Source: Candidatus Eiseniibacteriota bacterium
Lineage (GTDB): Bacteria; Eisenbacteria; RBG-16-71-46
Assembly (NCBI GenBank): GCA_963725865.1
Contig: CAVSAC010000010.1
Coordinates: forward strand, 672,001 to 736,000
Direction: 5' to 3'
Length of the DNA stretch: 64,000 bases
Shown: one piece after another, positions 63,075-64,000 of the stretch
Layout: each line of letters begins with the position of its first letter
Numbering within the stretch: the first letter of the stretch is position 1
Position numbers and translations under genes: made by a program
The notes under the pieces: generated by a model
The model's input: the letters and a program-made list of their open reading frames with translations, nothing else
Told to the model about the DNA's origin: nothing
Database searches by the model: none

Positions 63075-64000
63075 TCAGAACCGGCTCAACACCCGCAACT
63101 CGGCCCCCTCGAACGCCTGCACCTCGTAGCACGTCCCGGCCGTGCAGGCGAGGCCGCCGCGGCGACGGCCGAAGAACAGAATCGCCTCGTGGCCGGGGCC
63201 GAGTCGCGCGTCGAGCACCGCCCCCACCAGGTGGATCGGCCGGTTTCCGGGTACCGCCCGCGAGAGCTCGAGGGGGTCGGTGGTGCGCGTCCACGTCACC
63301 GCGGCGCTGCCGAAGTCGGCGCGCGCCACGGTGCCGGCCAGGTAGAGATCCTCGAACGCCTCGGGAGCGCCCGCGGTCTCGCGTCGCGCGGTCTGGCGCT
63401 GCATGTCCAGCGTGCCCGACCACGCCCGCAGCACGCGCACCGTCGCGGCGATCCCGACGGTGCGGCGATCGGAGATCGAGATCAACTCGTCCCAGCTGCG
63501 GTCGTAGAACGCGGTCGCCTCCCAGCGCTCGGCCCGCCGCGGCGCCGCGCGCCACTCCACGAATCGCTCCTCGAAGCGCCGGGCGCCGGCGCCGTCCGAG
63601 CGGCTCCAGTTGGTGGTGACCGCGGCCCAGTCGGACGGCGTGTAGGACCCCTCGAACTGGAACCCCTGCTCGCGGTCGGCGACCAGCACGTGAGTGCTGC
63701 GATTGAGCAGGACCTGCGCGTGCTCGCGCACCAGCGACGGGGGATCGTTCACGCCCAGCCGGAACCGGGAGTAGTCCTTCCACTCGACCGCAAACGTGAC
63801 CGGACCGGTGATCAGGTTGGCGCTCGTATAGAGGGCGTGCGGTGTGCGCTCCCGCGTGCTGAAGCTCCACCAGTCCCCGAACGAGCGATCGGCCTGCGCG
63901 TACTCGGCGTAGAGCGGCAGCGCCACCGACCGGATGCCCACCAGGCGCATCGCATCCAGGTCCACGAATCCGGTGCCCAGCTCCTGCTGGCCGAGCCCCG
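63075..64000 (-). CDS. Outer-membrane beta-barrel-like protein (DUF6029-like), 5'-partial
   Basis: Frame open to the window edge; alternating beta-strand pattern; C-terminal RRGGLACTAGTCYEVQAFEG..SRF. Confidence 0.7.
   Translation of the reverse strand, partial: GLGQQELGTGFVDLDAMRLVGIRSVALPLYAEYAQADRSFGDWWSFSTRERTPHALYTSANLITGPVTFAVEWKDYSRFRLGVNDPPSLVREHAQVLLNRSTHVLVADREQGFQFEGSYTPSDWAAVTTNWSRSDGAGARRFEERFVEWRAAPRRAERWEATAFYDRSWDELISISDRRTVGIAATVRVLRAWSGTLDMQRQTARRETAGAPEAFEDLYLAGTVARADFGSAAVTWTRTTDPLELSRAVPGNRPIHLVGAVLDARLGPGHEAILFFGRRRGGLACTAGTCYEVQAFEGAELRVLSRF

Overview
Very GC-rich bacterial chromosomal window (about 70% by eye, not computed). Secreted proteins ending in a TWGxxKxxYR motif or an FlgD/T9SS-like Ig domain suggest an FCB-associated lineage such as Ca. 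Eisenbacteria (inference). Contents in order: a secreted DUF4114-like protein and a decayed IS91-like transposase beyond tRNA-Leu(TAA); an alternative complex III operon (actABCDEF); M48 peptidase and MoeB/MoeZ; pentose-phosphate genes (glk-tkt-two thioredoxin-like genes-tal/pgi, and gnd-zwf-pgl); an ndh-sthA-osmC-fumC-dehydratase-response regulator run; transporters; a hybrid histidine kinase; a Ser/Thr kinase; a sigma-54 activator; tRNA-Cys; and a large frameshifted repeat protein. The most striking observations are: (1) a 3.85-kb integrase-less island (AEP-type primase-helicase plus HigBA-like TA pair) flanked by a 37-bp duplication of the 5' half of tRNA-Cys, which separates the intact tRNA from its apparent native promoter; (2) an unannotated, self-contained, structured ~270-nt transcription unit carrying a perfect match to the canonical 16S 3' tail in front of a 14-codon ORF; (3) a 10-bp-phased direct-repeat array at the promoter of an operon encoding a membrane protein and a BldC/Xis-like protein; (4) a candidate C-terminal sorting motif. 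All family assignments come from motif recognition, not database searches. No CRISPR array or rRNA gene was seen.
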